Shown here: positions 48,534-58,831 of the stretch, piece by piece
How positions within the stretch are numbered: the stretch's first letter is position 1
Layout of the letters: every line of letters begins with the position of its first letter
NCBI GenBank assembly: GCA_031416315.1
Contig: JANOTL010000040.1
Span: 16,821-80,820 of the forward strand
DNA length: 64,000 nt
Source of the DNA: Pseudomonadota bacterium
GTDB taxonomy: Bacteria > Bdellovibrionota_B > Oligoflexia > Oligoflexales > CAIYRB01
Direction of reading: 5' to 3'
Notes under the pieces: generated by a model
What the model was told of the DNA's origin: nothing
The model's database searches: none
The model's input: the letters and a program-made list of their open reading frames with translations, nothing else
Position numbers and translations under genes: made by a program

Positions 48534-49385
48534 ATGAAAAACCTCGTCATCGCCCTGTCGATCGCCAGCGTCGCCTGGACTGCATCGGCCGCAACCCCTT
48601 CCACCCCTTGCGCCTTTCCAGAGCAGTCCTATCTCCTCGACCTCGTCACCGTGGCCGAGAACGCCGAGGCGCAGTCCTTCACGCCTGCGCAAGTCGCGAG
48701 CCTGGACCGCGTCCTGAAGGCGCAAATCCTCGCGGCGACCGACGCCCAAGACCTCGCGTCAGCCCAAGAGGCGATCGAACGCTCGGAAGACGGCACCATC
48801 TTGGTCCGCCGCTTTTCCTCCGCCCTTCTGCCTTCGGCCTACTACACGCAGGTCACGTACTACCCCGGCGGCAACGAGTATGGCGCCATCTTCACCACGA
48901 AGAGCCCGAACCCGGCGGCACGGATCCAAGACGGCGAAATCATCGACTGCCGCGTCCGTGCTGGCTCCGTCGCCTCCGAGCTGGCGGCCGTCCCTTTCGT
49001 CGACGGCTCGAACCCGACCTATGCCGCTCTGAAAGGCTTCGACGAGCTCACGCCGGTCGAGACCTTCGGCTCGATCGGTGACGCCGAGCTCGTATGGTCG
49101 CTCGCCGCCCGCGCCCGGATCCCCGGAATCAACGCCCTGCAGCTCAAGCAGCTCGCCCGCGCGCGTCGCGCCATCGAGCATTTCTCGTCGGCTTACGGCG
49201 AAGCGCTCTCCGCCGGCCGCTACCTCGAGGACCAAGAAACGAGCTGGGACCTTCACGTCATGGCCGACGCTGCGACCGGCGCTCTTTACGACGTCGTCCA
49301 CTTCAACGAGAGCGACGACGGCAGCCATACGGTCGTCTTCGAAGAAGGCAGCACGCGCATCGCCTACGTCTACTACGAGAACTGA
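48534..49385 (+). CDS. Secreted hypothetical protein with two related domains
   Basis: Signal peptide; similar YT.V.Y..G.NEYGAIF and YDVVHF..SDDGS..VVF modules. Confidence 0.78.
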   Translation: MKNLVIALSIASVAWTASAATPSTPCAFPEQSYLLDLVTVAENAEAQSFTPAQVASLDRVLKAQILAATDAQDLASAQEAIERSEDGTILVRRFSSALLPSAYYTQVTYYPGGNEYGAIFTTKSPNPAARIQDGEIIDCRVRAGSVASELAAVPFVDGSNPTYAALKGFDELTPVETFGSIGDAELVWSLAARARIPGINALQLKQLARARRAIEHFSSAYGEALSAGRYLEDQETSWDLHVMADAATGALYDVVHFNESDDGSHTVVFEEGSTRIAYVYYEN

Positions 49386-49393
49386 TCTGTCCA

Positions 49394-49423
49394 AACCGGC
49401 CTACGCAACCACGTAGGTCGGTT
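49394..49423. terminator. Hairpin between convergent genes
   Basis: AACCGGCCTACG / CGTAGGTCGGTT stem. Confidence 0.55.
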
Positions 49424-50793
49424 CAGTCCCGAAACACTTCATAGAATCCCGTAACCCCAGTCCACAACCGCCACCTCGTCGGCTTGTCCTCGATCTTCTC
49501 CCGCATCTCTGCCTCGCTATAGTCCGGCAGCGGCTCCGACTCCTGCATCAGCCGATCCAGGACCCCGTCGAAAGCCGGCGTCGCCGGTTCGCGAAACGAG
49601 ATCCCGACCTCACTCCCGAGCACGTGGTGCGAAATCTCGCGCCGCACGCGGTTCACCTTCGGATCGAACATGGGAACGAAATAGATCTCGTCCGGATCAC
49701 GCCCCATGGTCGTCGACCCGACCTCGTAGATCGCGCCCAGCAACCGCGCGACCTGCTTCGACGTATATTCGGAGTACCCCTCCTTACGAAGGAGGTAAGC
49801 GAAGCTCCCGGCCATCCAGTAGTGGTAAGGCTTCGGCTGAAAGCACGTGCTTTCCGAGGCGTCGACGTAGCTCCAGACGGCACCCTCGCCGGCCATACGC
49901 GTGTCGAGCAAACCCATGGCGCTCGAGATCACCATCATCGCGGCGAAGAGCGGCTGATTGTCCGCATGGACCATCCGGTGCGCCGTCGCCCAAGCAGCGC
50001 CGCGCGTCGAATAAACCGCGATGAAATTCCACAGCCGATCGTAGTCGCCCTCGAAAAACCGCACCGCCATCGGGTAGAACGCCTCGTCGCGCACGGCCCG
50101 ATCCTCTCCCGAGGCAATCGCGCGCAGAAGATGCAACGCCATACGGGTCGCATAACGCTGCGTGAGCGTGTCAGTGAACACCGCCCTCGTCGCCGCCAAC
50201 ATGGAGAATGTCATCGCCTCCGGCGGCTCCCGACTCAACCGATACGAGCGCGGATACATCCAGTTCAACGCCGTCGTCATCGCCGCCGGACACTCGATCG
50301 GATTCAGATGCAAAAGGCACAACGGCCGCGCGCCCGCGAGCGCCGTCTCCATTTGCTCCTGGAACGCCGTGTTCTCCTCGACCTCGTCGAGAAACGCGCT
50401 GGTCAGCTCGGCCGCCTCGCTGCCGATGCTCGTCGCCTCGCCGCGCACGAGCGTCGCTTCGACGTCGCCGCCGACGCGCTCGCGCGCCATGTGGAGCTGC
50501 TGCTCCCAGGCCAAATCGGCCATCTTGGAGTCGTTGGCGGCGTAGGCGATCCAAGCGAAGTGCGCCCACTCCTTGAAGCAGGATCGATTCTCCACCATCC
50601 ATGCATGCGTCTCTGCGACGTCGCTGACGTCGTAGACGGCGAAAAATCCGGCGCGGCATTCAGGCGACGCGAAGAGGTGCCTCAGCGTCTCGGCCTCGGT
50701 CGCGGCGCAAACGGCCTGCCACGGCGGACGCGGCGCGGCGCCGAGCGCGAGGAACGCGAGACCCAGGACGACGACGAGACGTGGCATACTCAT
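49423..50793 (-). CDS. Secreted helical hypothetical protein
   Basis: MSMPRLVVVLGLAFLALG signal; ATGA overlap with the GT2 stop; YSTRGAAW and KPYHYWM motifs. Confidence 0.75.
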   Translation of the reverse strand: MSMPRLVVVLGLAFLALGAAPRPPWQAVCAATEAETLRHLFASPECRAGFFAVYDVSDVAETHAWMVENRSCFKEWAHFAWIAYAANDSKMADLAWEQQLHMARERVGGDVEATLVRGEATSIGSEAAELTSAFLDEVEENTAFQEQMETALAGARPLCLLHLNPIECPAAMTTALNWMYPRSYRLSREPPEAMTFSMLAATRAVFTDTLTQRYATRMALHLLRAIASGEDRAVRDEAFYPMAVRFFEGDYDRLWNFIAVYSTRGAAWATAHRMVHADNQPLFAAMMVISSAMGLLDTRMAGEGAVWSYVDASESTCFQPKPYHYWMAGSFAYLLRKEGYSEYTSKQVARLLGAIYEVGSTTMGRDPDEIYFVPMFDPKVNRVRREISHHVLGSEVGISFREPATPAFDGVLDRLMQESEPLPDYSEAEMREKIEDKPTRWRLWTGVTGFYEVFRD

Positions 50794-52001
50794 GCGGTAA
50801 CCCTCAATTTTGCGCGCGTTTCCCAGCTTCCGGAGTCGAGCGTGAAGAGCGCGAGCACGGACAGGACCATATAAGTCACGGGCATGATCATGCCCATCCA
50901 GAGAAAATTGGCGGGATGGACGCGGTATCTCTTGTCGTCGTGCCGCGTGTTCCAGGCGTAAATGCCGGCGTAGACCGCCAGGACGCCGAGATGGATCGTC
51001 GCGCCCGCGAAGAATTCGCCGGACATCAGCGACAGCCAAAGCACGACCGGATAGCAAAGCAGCAAGGCATTGAGGCTGAGATAGTGGAACGCGACGAATG
51101 GATGCAGCCGCGCGGCATGACTCACGCCGCCGAAGAAATCGACGAGGTTGGAGCGTCGCCACCGGAGCTGCTGGGAGAAGTAGCCGTTGAGGGTTGGCGG
51201 CGCCTTCGTGTGGCAGTAGGCGTCGAGCTCGAGGCAAGTCTGATAGCCGGCCTTCACGATCTGGCGGGTAAGAAACCGGTCCTCGCCGTACTTGATCGGC
51301 ACGCCCAGGATATTGCGGGCCTCGAGGATCGGCTCCAGCTCGATCAGGACGTGGCGGCGATACGCCGTGAGGCACCCGGAGAGGCACATGACGGATGACA
51401 ACGTGCGCTCGATGTTCTTCAGGTACTGATAGCCGAAATAGTATTTGATCGTCTGCATCTTGGTCAGCCAGTTCTGCCCGGCGTTGGCGACGAGGACCCG
51501 CCCACCGACCGCGGCGACGCGCGGCGAGGTGAAGCGCCCGACGAGCATCCGCACGGCCGACGCTTGGACGAACACGTCGGAGTCGACAGAGACGATGATC
51601 TCGGCGTCGCTCATGCGCACGGCCCGCGCGATGCCGAGGCGCTTGCCCATGTTGTGCGGATTGCGCTCGACGCGGATCCGCGGGTCCAAAGCGGCGGCCT
51701 TGGCGGCCCAGGCGCCGCTGTCGTCCCGGCTGCAATCGTCCACGACGATGATGCTCAGCCGCTCCGCCGGATAATCTTGGGCCGAGATCGACTGTAAGGT
51801 GTCGAAGATCGACGCGCCCTCGTTGTACATCGGCACGATCACGCAGACGTCGGGCCGCAAGACGCTCATCTCAGGGGTCCGCCCCGCCTGCCGGAAGACC
51901 CGCAGGAAAAGGCCGAAGACGTAGCGATTCATGAAGACGATGAAGACCAACACCATCGGCACCGCCAACGCCCAATCCGCGCCGTCGAAGGTGAGCATCA
52001 T
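50790..52001 (-). CDS. Processive GT2 synthase, hyaluronan synthase/NodC-like
   Basis: VDDCS, VDSD, CLSG, YGEDRFLT, QQLRW, WETR; one N-terminal and several C-terminal TM segments. Confidence 0.9.
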   Translation of the reverse strand: MMLTFDGADWALAVPMVLVFIVFMNRYVFGLFLRVFRQAGRTPEMSVLRPDVCVIVPMYNEGASIFDTLQSISAQDYPAERLSIIVVDDCSRDDSGAWAAKAAALDPRIRVERNPHNMGKRLGIARAVRMSDAEIIVSVDSDVFVQASAVRMLVGRFTSPRVAAVGGRVLVANAGQNWLTKMQTIKYYFGYQYLKNIERTLSSVMCLSGCLTAYRRHVLIELEPILEARNILGVPIKYGEDRFLTRQIVKAGYQTCLELDAYCHTKAPPTLNGYFSQQLRWRRSNLVDFFGGVSHAARLHPFVAFHYLSLNALLLCYPVVLWLSLMSGEFFAGATIHLGVLAVYAGIYAWNTRHDDKRYRVHPANFLWMGMIMPVTYMVLSVLALFTLDSGSWETRAKLRVTA

Positions 52002-53692
52002 GGCGGGGCGCCGCCCGGGGCGAGGGAGAACTCGGTGACAACGTTGTCGCTGCGCCAGCCGATTTTTCCGGCCTTCGGGTCGAGGCCGCCGAGATCGACC
52101 GGACCTTCCCAGACGACGCGCCCGTCGATGCTCACCGCAAGACGCGAGGCGTCGAGGACGGCGTCGAGCCGCCTTTCGTCGCCGAGCGAAAGCACCGGCA
52201 CGGCGTCGGCGCGCGCGGCTTTCACCGTCGTGTAGCCGCCGTTGCCGCAGGCCTTGTGCGTCGACTTGCCTGGATTGAGCTTGCGCTGGACGACCAGCTC
52301 GCCCTTCCCGCCGCCTTCGGCCGGAAGGCGCCACATCGCGTAAAGAAGGTTGCACTGGTCCTTGGCGGCGAGAAAGACGCCGAGTTGGCGCCGGGCCTCC
52401 CCGCCTTTGAGCGGCACGATGCTCGCGGAGGGGCCGAGATATTTGAAGGTGGCGTGAACGCCGGTGGCGCCAGCGGCATCCGCGGCATAAGCCCTGATTT
52501 TCGCGCCATCCGTAGCGAACATGCCGCGACCGATGGGTTTGGCTGCCCCTTCGGTGACGACGAGCTTCTCGAGCTTCATCGGCGGCGCCACGGTCGTGTC
52601 TGTCGCAGCCGGTGCCGCCGGGACCGCAGATGCCGGCGCCTCCGGCACCGCCGGGCCCGCCGCGACCAACCGCCCGCGCAAATCGGCCTCCTCGACCGAA
52701 AGCGCGCGCAAATCCCGCTCGAGCATTTGCTCGTAATCCCTGAGCTCCGCCGATCGGCTCGCGGCGAGCACTCCGAGGTCGGCGCGTAGCTCTTCCGTCC
52801 GCGCGCTCACCAGCGCGAGCTTCGCCACATTCTCGGCGACCATCGTCTTCCGATCGGCTTCCCACGCTTCGACGGAGGCTGCGAGCTTTGCCGAGCCGAC
52901 CGTCTTCTCGAGGGCGGCGTCCTTGGCAAAGGCAACGCCCGGGCGCCAACGCAGGCCGACGCTGCCGAAGAGCGGCGGTCCGCCCGCAAATTCCAGCTCG
53001 CCATCCGCGCTCGCATAGCGGGTCCGAGCCCATCCCGCCGCGAGCGTCACGTCCCAGGCCGGTCCCATTGATTCTGCGGCCGCGGCGCGCTCCGCCTGCC
53101 GCGTCGTCTGCGCCAAGCTCGCCAACACCGCGCTCGACTCGCGCGCGCTGACCGATGCGCCCCCGGTTTGGCGTTTGACGATCTCCATGCGACTCGTCGT
53201 CTCGACGAGATCCCGCGCGAGCGCGGCGACCTCTGCCGCCGCGCGGCCGACGCCCGCCCGCGTCTCGCGGGATGCGGCGAGGCGCAAGTGCCGCTCGGCG
53301 AGGTTCGCCTTCGCGCTCACCAGGGCCCCGTCGAGGGCTTCTTTGCGAGCCGCGAGACCTTTCAGCTCGACGTCCGCGCGGCCGACCGTGCCGAATACCT
53401 CCGCCTCGTGCTCGGCCTCGAACCGAAGGCAATCCGCCTCGGCGCGCGCACGGGCGCGGCGGCTGCGCACCAGGTCGGATAGCTGCATCTCGAGTCCGAC
53501 TCTCAAAGTCTCCTCGCGCCGCTCACCGGCGCCCGGCTCGACCTGCGACGTGACCGTAAGCGACGGAATGCTTCGCTGCGAAGAGCGCGCCTCTGCCTGC
53601 TCGAGGGCGGCCGCACAAGCTTCGTCCATAACCTTCGCCGCCGTCGGTCGGGACACCAGAACCAAAAGCCCGAAGGCGAGCGAACGGAGCAT
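51998..53692 (-). CDS. TolC-like outer-membrane protein fused to a ConA/lectin-like beta-sandwich domain
   Basis: Two helix/beta-hairpin/helix repeats (PSLTVT..LRVGLEMQL; AWDVTLAAG..FGSVGLRW), P/A linker, beta domain ending GKIGWRSDN. Confidence 0.6.
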   Translation of the reverse strand: MLRSLAFGLLVLVSRPTAAKVMDEACAAALEQAEARSSQRSIPSLTVTSQVEPGAGERREETLRVGLEMQLSDLVRSRRARARAEADCLRFEAEHEAEVFGTVGRADVELKGLAARKEALDGALVSAKANLAERHLRLAASRETRAGVGRAAAEVAALARDLVETTSRMEIVKRQTGGASVSARESSAVLASLAQTTRQAERAAAAESMGPAWDVTLAAGWARTRYASADGELEFAGGPPLFGSVGLRWRPGVAFAKDAALEKTVGSAKLAASVEAWEADRKTMVAENVAKLALVSARTEELRADLGVLAASRSAELRDYEQMLERDLRALSVEEADLRGRLVAAGPAVPEAPASAVPAAPAATDTTVAPPMKLEKLVVTEGAAKPIGRGMFATDGAKIRAYAADAAGATGVHATFKYLGPSASIVPLKGGEARRQLGVFLAAKDQCNLLYAMWRLPAEGGGKGELVVQRKLNPGKSTHKACGNGGYTTVKAARADAVPVLSLGDERRLDAVLDASRLAVSIDGRVVWEGPVDLGGLDPKAGKIGWRSDNVVTEFSLAPGGAPP

Positions 53693-53701
53693 GGGCAGCC
53701 A

Positions 53702-54811
53702 TCAGAGAAAGAGGGGCGGTCGCTTCAAGATCACGGACCTGGACTCGGCGACCTTCAAATCGTCCAGGCGCAGCTCGACCATGCGCCCGCGGAGATCACG
53801 CCCCGTCACTGGATGGCTGCCGAGCACCTCGCCGCCCACGACGCCCGTGATGCTGCCGACCTGGCGGCACAGCACGAACGAAAGGAGGCAATCCCAGACG
53901 GGCGTCCCCGCCGAGGCGTTGTCGAGATTCGCATACGGCACGAAGGCCACCTGCACCTCGCCGTCGGCCGCGCGGACGTAAGGATTCTTTTCCATTCGAT
54001 TGGTCGTCTCTCGGTAAGAGGCGATGAGGGAGTCTAGAGTTGCGATGCGCGCCTTCAGCGCCGCCTCGCGCGCGCCTTGATTCGCCGTCTCGAGGTTCGA
54101 CTCGAGGAGCGGCCGCCGCCGCATCAGCGCCTCGACGTCGCTGCCGGAGCCCGTAGCGATTATGCCGCGAAGATGCTGGGCGCGCTCGGCTAGGGTAATC
54201 GCTTGCTCCCGCCGCTCCGCCGCTTCGAGCAAGCGCTGATTCGCGGCCGCTTTCGCTTTGGCGTGCTCCTCGATGTCGATCAGGCCGTTGGCCAGCTGAC
54301 GATCGAGCGCCTGAGTCGCGAGCGTTCCGCTCGCCTCGTTGCCCTTCGCCGTCTCGAGAACCTGCACGATGCCTTCGACGGCCGCGAGCTTCGCCTTCGA
54401 CCGCTTGGTCTCGCCGCCGAGCGCGACCGTATAGGCGCCGCCGAAGTCTTTCCAAACCGCGCCGGCATTTTGCGCGACCGTGAGATCAAGCTGCAGGCCG
54501 ACCCGCTGCGCTTCGAGCTGCTCGAGCTCGCGCCTCTGGCCGAGCCACGCCATTTCGGCTTGCACGACCTTGTCGTTGTTCGGCGTCAAGATGCTCGGCA
54601 CGGCCCAACGCGCGCTGAACAGGTAAAAGCCGCTCATCGCGAGGTAGGCGAACATCCCGAAGAGGATCACCGTCAACAGCACGAAGCCCGCGAGCTTGTA
54701 GACCGTGACGATGCTGCGGTTGAACGAGAGAACTCCGCCTCGCCACGCGTTGGTGACGTCGGGAGCTTTCCAGCCGATGCGATGCCGTAAGGAGTTGCGT
54801 TGGACTTGCAT
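53702..54811 (-). CDS. HlyD/membrane-fusion-like periplasmic adaptor
   Basis: Single N-terminal TM, long coiled coil, C-terminal beta-barrel-like region (VAFVPY...VGSIT...MVEL). Confidence 0.6.
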   Translation of the reverse strand: MQVQRNSLRHRIGWKAPDVTNAWRGGVLSFNRSIVTVYKLAGFVLLTVILFGMFAYLAMSGFYLFSARWAVPSILTPNNDKVVQAEMAWLGQRRELEQLEAQRVGLQLDLTVAQNAGAVWKDFGGAYTVALGGETKRSKAKLAAVEGIVQVLETAKGNEASGTLATQALDRQLANGLIDIEEHAKAKAAANQRLLEAAERREQAITLAERAQHLRGIIATGSGSDVEALMRRRPLLESNLETANQGAREAALKARIATLDSLIASYRETTNRMEKNPYVRAADGEVQVAFVPYANLDNASAGTPVWDCLLSFVLCRQVGSITGVVGGEVLGSHPVTGRDLRGRMVELRLDDLKVAESRSVILKRPPLFL

Positions 54812-55084
54812 GGACGGGAACTATAAGCGCGTCGGCGCGCGTCGACCAGTGTCTCGTGGAAGAGAAACTCAAATCTTGTTGATTCTTATTTCACTGAAAG
54901 GATCGTCGATCCGCGCGCGGCCATACCGGCAAACACCCAAGAGAAAATGCGCTTTCGCTCGCCACACCTTGGGGACAAGGCTGCCATGCGCCTACAGATC
55001 CTGGGAGATTTGGGCGAAGAGTCCAAAGCTGAGCTTGCAGCAGCAAACACTCGCTCATCACGAGCTCTCTTGGAGGACCCTCAG

Positions 55085-55546
55085 ATGTTTACCCGCTCTT
55101 CACGCCCCGCAACCGTGATCGCCGACCCGAAGCCGTTCGACCGCAAGACGGCCTGGGGCCGCGAGCCCCTCCAGATCCTCCTGATCGACGACGACCGCTC
55201 GTTCGGGGCCATTTTGAAGCGTTCGGCCGCGAAAGACGGCCTTGACGTCACGGTTTGCACCAACCTCGACGCGCTCGGCAGCCAGATGGACAGCCCCTTT
55301 GCCGTAGCCATTGTCGACTACGATCTCGGCTCCGTCACCGGCGTCGAGATCATGCGCTACCTGGAGAACCGGGACTGGAACACGCCTTTCGTCATGATCA
55401 GCCATTCCGAGCTTCCCAAGGCCGAAATCGCCCGCGGCGCGAATATCCGCTTCGTGCATAAGGCGAACGGCATGCCGGCGATCATCGCCGCGGTCTTCGA
55501 GGCCCGCGCCGCCGATCTCGCAGGCAAGCAGCACAAAGCTAGCTGA
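55085..55546 (+). CDS. Stand-alone response regulator receiver protein
   Basis: LLIDDD, IVDYDL, MIS, HK; GGAGG RBS. Confidence 0.85.
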   Translation: MFTRSSRPATVIADPKPFDRKTAWGREPLQILLIDDDRSFGAILKRSAAKDGLDVTVCTNLDALGSQMDSPFAVAIVDYDLGSVTGVEIMRYLENRDWNTPFVMISHSELPKAEIARGANIRFVHKANGMPAIIAAVFEARAADLAGKQHKAS

Positions 55547-55685
55547 CATTTGCAGTCGCTGCACCAGCTTGCGCAGCTGAACCCCGAGGCCGTTCGGACG
55601 ATTTCTCGACGAATTTCGCACGAGCCGCCGATAAGACAGTGCATTGCCGCTCGACCGGACCGTCCAGTCGAGGCTTGGAGAAACG

Positions 55686-56396
55686 ATGTCTACCGCCAGA
55701 ACGACTTACACCATCACGCTCGACGACGATCCGATGGTCCATAAGATGATCACGCGAGCGATGGGCATCAACTCCCTTCCTTACACCTCGACGGCGACCC
55801 TGCTCGGCCGCCTCGATCGCTACGAGCCCCTGGCGCTGTTCGTCGACGTTCACCTCGGTCCCGACGACTGTGGGCTCGACGCCGTCCCCGCCTTTCGCAA
55901 GGCCTGGCCCTTCACGCCGATCATGGTCGTCACGGCCGACGAGGCCGACGACGCCATCGGCAACGCGCTGGCCTCCGGCGCGAACGACTTCATCCGCAAG
56001 CCCGTGAATCGCCTCGAGCTCACCGCGCGGCTCAAAGCCCGCGTCGCCGAAATGTCGGTGCTCGCCGGACGCGACTCCCTCGTCTTCGGCCCGCTCACCT
56101 TCAGCAAAACCTATCGCACGGTCTCTTCAGCCGAGCGCACCTTGCACCTTTCGCCGAGCGAAGCGCTTCTTCTGGAATGCCTGCTTCAAGCAAACGGCAT
56201 GGTGGTCACGAAGGCCGAGATCAAGCGCCGCGTTTGGGGCGATCTCAAGGTCACGGACAGCGCCCTCGACAAGAAGATTTACGACGTAAGGGCCGCCATC
56301 CGCGAGCTCAGCGACGCCGTCGCGATCACCTCGACGTACCGCGTCGGCATCGCCTTGACCCTAGCCAAGCCGCAGCTCGCAGCCGAGGCATCGTAA
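55686..56396 (+). CDS. OmpR-family response regulator
   Basis: [20 protein letters not shown]-terminal winged helix. Confidence 0.9.
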   Translation: MSTARTTYTITLDDDPMVHKMITRAMGINSLPYTSTATLLGRLDRYEPLALFVDVHLGPDDCGLDAVPAFRKAWPFTPIMVVTADEADDAIGNALASGANDFIRKPVNRLELTARLKARVAEMSVLAGRDSLVFGPLTFSKTYRTVSSAERTLHLSPSEALLLECLLQANGMVVTKAEIKRRVWGDLKVTDSALDKKIYDVRAAIRELSDAVAITSTYRVGIALTLAKPQLAAEAS

Positions 56397-56413
56397 CCAG
56401 TCTGGAGAGCCCC

Positions 56414-58828
56414 ATGTTTGCGATGTCGCGCAACGAAAAAATCTCCGTCCTGCTGATCGAAGATCAACCGGACTACCACGATATGGTCTCCCGCTACCTG
56501 CGCCTCCAAGAGCCGACGACGATCGCGCATACGCTCGAGTGGACGACGTCGATCGAGACCGGCCTCGTGCGCCTCCAGCAGCGTGCGTTCGACGTCGTCC
56601 TTCTCGACCTGAACGTCGAGGACAGCAAGGGCCTCGAAACATTTCGACGCCTGATGGCGGCGCATCCGACCCAATCCGTCGTGATCCTGAGCAGCTCGAC
56701 CGACTCCGACGTCGTCAGCGCCGCCGTGAAAGAAGGTGTCCAGGACTACCTGCCGAAGTCGCATTTGAATCCGCTGCGCCTCGAGATGACGCTCATGCTC
56801 GCCGTGGAGCGCTCGCGGCTCCTGCAGCGCGCGATCGCCGCCGAGGACGCGGCGCAGACTGCGTCGCGCTTGAAATCGGAGTTCCTGGCGCACATGAGCC
56901 ACGAGATTCGGACGCCGATGAACGGCGTGATCGGTATGACGAGCCTCCTGGCGGAGACGAATCTCGACGAGGTGCAACGCGAGGCAGTCGACACGATCCG
57001 CAGCTCCGGCGAGCTCCTCCTTTGCGTCATCAACGACATCCTCGACATCTCGAAGATCGAGGCCGGCCGGATCGAGCTCGAGGAATCCAGCTTCAACATC
57101 CGCGCCGTGATCGAAGACACGCTCGACCTCTTCGCGGAGCCAGCCCACTCGAAGGGCCTCGCGCTGGCGAACCTCGTCGACAGCGACGTGCCGGCGATGC
57201 TCAAAGGCGACCTTTCGCGCGTTCGCCAGATTCTGGCTAACTTCGTCAGCAATGCGATCAAGTTCACCGGCGTGGGCCAGGTAACCGTCCACGTCTCGGC
57301 GCCGCAACGACGCGACGGCCAAGCACTCCTGCGCATCGAAGTCAGGGACACTGGATGCGGAATCTCGCGCGAGGACTGCGACCTCCTCTTTCAGCCTTTC
57401 GTCCAGGTCGGTCACGACTTCCGCAACCGCCGCGGCGGCACGGGACTCGGACTTTCCATCGCGCAACGCCTCGCCCAGCTCATGGGCGGAGACGTCGGGG
57501 TCACGAGCGAGCTGAGCACGGGCAGCACCTTCTGGTTCTCGGTCCGGCTCACCGAGGTGGTGACGGAGCCTTCGACGACGCGCGCTGATCTCGTCGGTAA
57601 AAAGGTCCTCCTCCTCGGCGACATCGAGCGAAAGATCAGCATCGTGCGCGATCAGCTCGCGAGTCGCGGCCTCGAGCCGATCGAAGCCCTGTCGATGAAA
57701 GAAGCGCTGCGGATCACCTCGACGGCGGACCTCTGCCTCGTGATCATCGACGCCCACCAGCAAAACGCGGAAGAGCTCAGCCGTGCCACGGCGCTCTTGC
57801 GTAAGGCAGCGCGCAGGCCGGATCTGCCGGTCCTCCTGATTTGCGCGCCGGGCGCGCCGGCGAAGGGCCTGCTCGCGCTCGTCGGCGCCAGCAGCCTCCT
57901 GCGCGAGCCGATCCGCCAGTCGCAGCTTTACGGTCAAATCGCCGCGCTCGTGGCGCCGAAGGCTCCGTCTGCCAGCGATGAAAAGTCGGATGGCTCGAGC
58001 GCGCACGGAAGCGGCGAGCACCTGCTTCGCCCCGGCGTTCGCGTGCTCGTCGCGGACGACAACAGCGTGAACCAAAAGGTCGCACGCCGCCTGCTGCGCC
58101 ACATCGGCGCCGAGGTCGACGTCGTCGCCGACGGCCGGGAGGCGGTCCTCGCCACGGCCAACGTCAAGTACGACCTGGTGCTGATGGATTGCCAGATGCC
58201 GGTGCTCGACGGTTTCGAGGCCACCCGCCAAATCCGCGCGCGCGACGTCGGTCGCCGGATCCCGATCGTGGCGATGACCGCCAATGCTCTGCCCGAGGAC
58301 CGCGCCCGGTGCTTCGACTGCGGGATGGACGATGTTCTGATCAAGCCGGTGCTGATCGCCGAGCTGCGCGCCGTGCTGCTGAAGTTTCTCGATGCCGCGC
58401 CCAAGGTTCCGGCCGCAGTCTTGAAAAGGCCGATCGTCGAGGCCAAGATCCTCTTGCCGATGATCGACCCGGTCGTCATCGCCAACCTCAGGTCGCTCGC
58501 CGAGGAAGGCGAGTCGGACGACGAGTTCATCGTCGACCTCGTGTCGACCTACCTCGACCTGGCGCCGCCCCTCCTCAAGGACATCGCGGTCGCCGTGAAA
58601 AACGCGGACTCGAGAAACCTCGCGCACTTGGCTCACAGACTCAAGGGCTGCAGCCGCAACCTCGGCCTGAGCCGAATGACGGCGATCTGCGAGCGGCTCG
58701 AGGAAGAAGGCAAGCACGGCTGCGCGGCGAACGCCAAGGACCTCTTGCAGCCGCTCACCGAGCAGTTCGTCGCCGCCCGGAGCGCGCTCGAGGAAAAATG
58801 GGGCAAGGAGTCGCGGCTCGTCGTCTAG
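56414..58828 (+). CDS. Cytoplasmic hybrid histidine kinase (REC-HisKA-HATPase-REC-like-REC-Hpt)
   Basis: [40 protein letters not shown]. Confidence 0.93.
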   Translation: MFAMSRNEKISVLLIEDQPDYHDMVSRYLRLQEPTTIAHTLEWTTSIETGLVRLQQRAFDVVLLDLNVEDSKGLETFRRLMAAHPTQSVVILSSSTDSDVVSAAVKEGVQDYLPKSHLNPLRLEMTLMLAVERSRLLQRAIAAEDAAQTASRLKSEFLAHMSHEIRTPMNGVIGMTSLLAETNLDEVQREAVDTIRSSGELLLCVINDILDISKIEAGRIELEESSFNIRAVIEDTLDLFAEPAHSKGLALANLVDSDVPAMLKGDLSRVRQILANFVSNAIKFTGVGQVTVHVSAPQRRDGQALLRIEVRDTGCGISREDCDLLFQPFVQVGHDFRNRRGGTGLGLSIAQRLAQLMGGDVGVTSELSTGSTFWFSVRLTEVVTEPSTTRADLVGKKVLLLGDIERKISIVRDQLASRGLEPIEALSMKEALRITSTADLCLVIIDAHQQNAEELSRATALLRKAARRPDLPVLLICAPGAPAKGLLALVGASSLLREPIRQSQLYGQIAALVAPKAPSASDEKSDGSSAHGSGEHLLRPGVRVLVADDNSVNQKVARRLLRHIGAEVDVVADGREAVLATANVKYDLVLMDCQMPVLDGFEATRQIRARDVGRRIPIVAMTANALPEDRARCFDCGMDDVLIKPVLIAELRAVLLKFLDAAPKVPAAVLKRPIVEAKILLPMIDPVVIANLRSLAEEGESDDEFIVDLVSTYLDLAPPLLKDIAVAVKNADSRNLAHLAHRLKGCSRNLGLSRMTAICERLEEEGKHGCAANAKDLLQPLTEQFVAARSALEEKWGKESRLVV

Positions 58829-58831
58829 GGT

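Noticed and set aside
49423..53432. 770-aa and 880-aa track ORFs suggesting fusions or frameshifts
   Set aside because: The N-terminal parts are Arg-rich off-frame readthrough of upstream genes; real starts are the ATGA-coupled codons at 50793 and 52001
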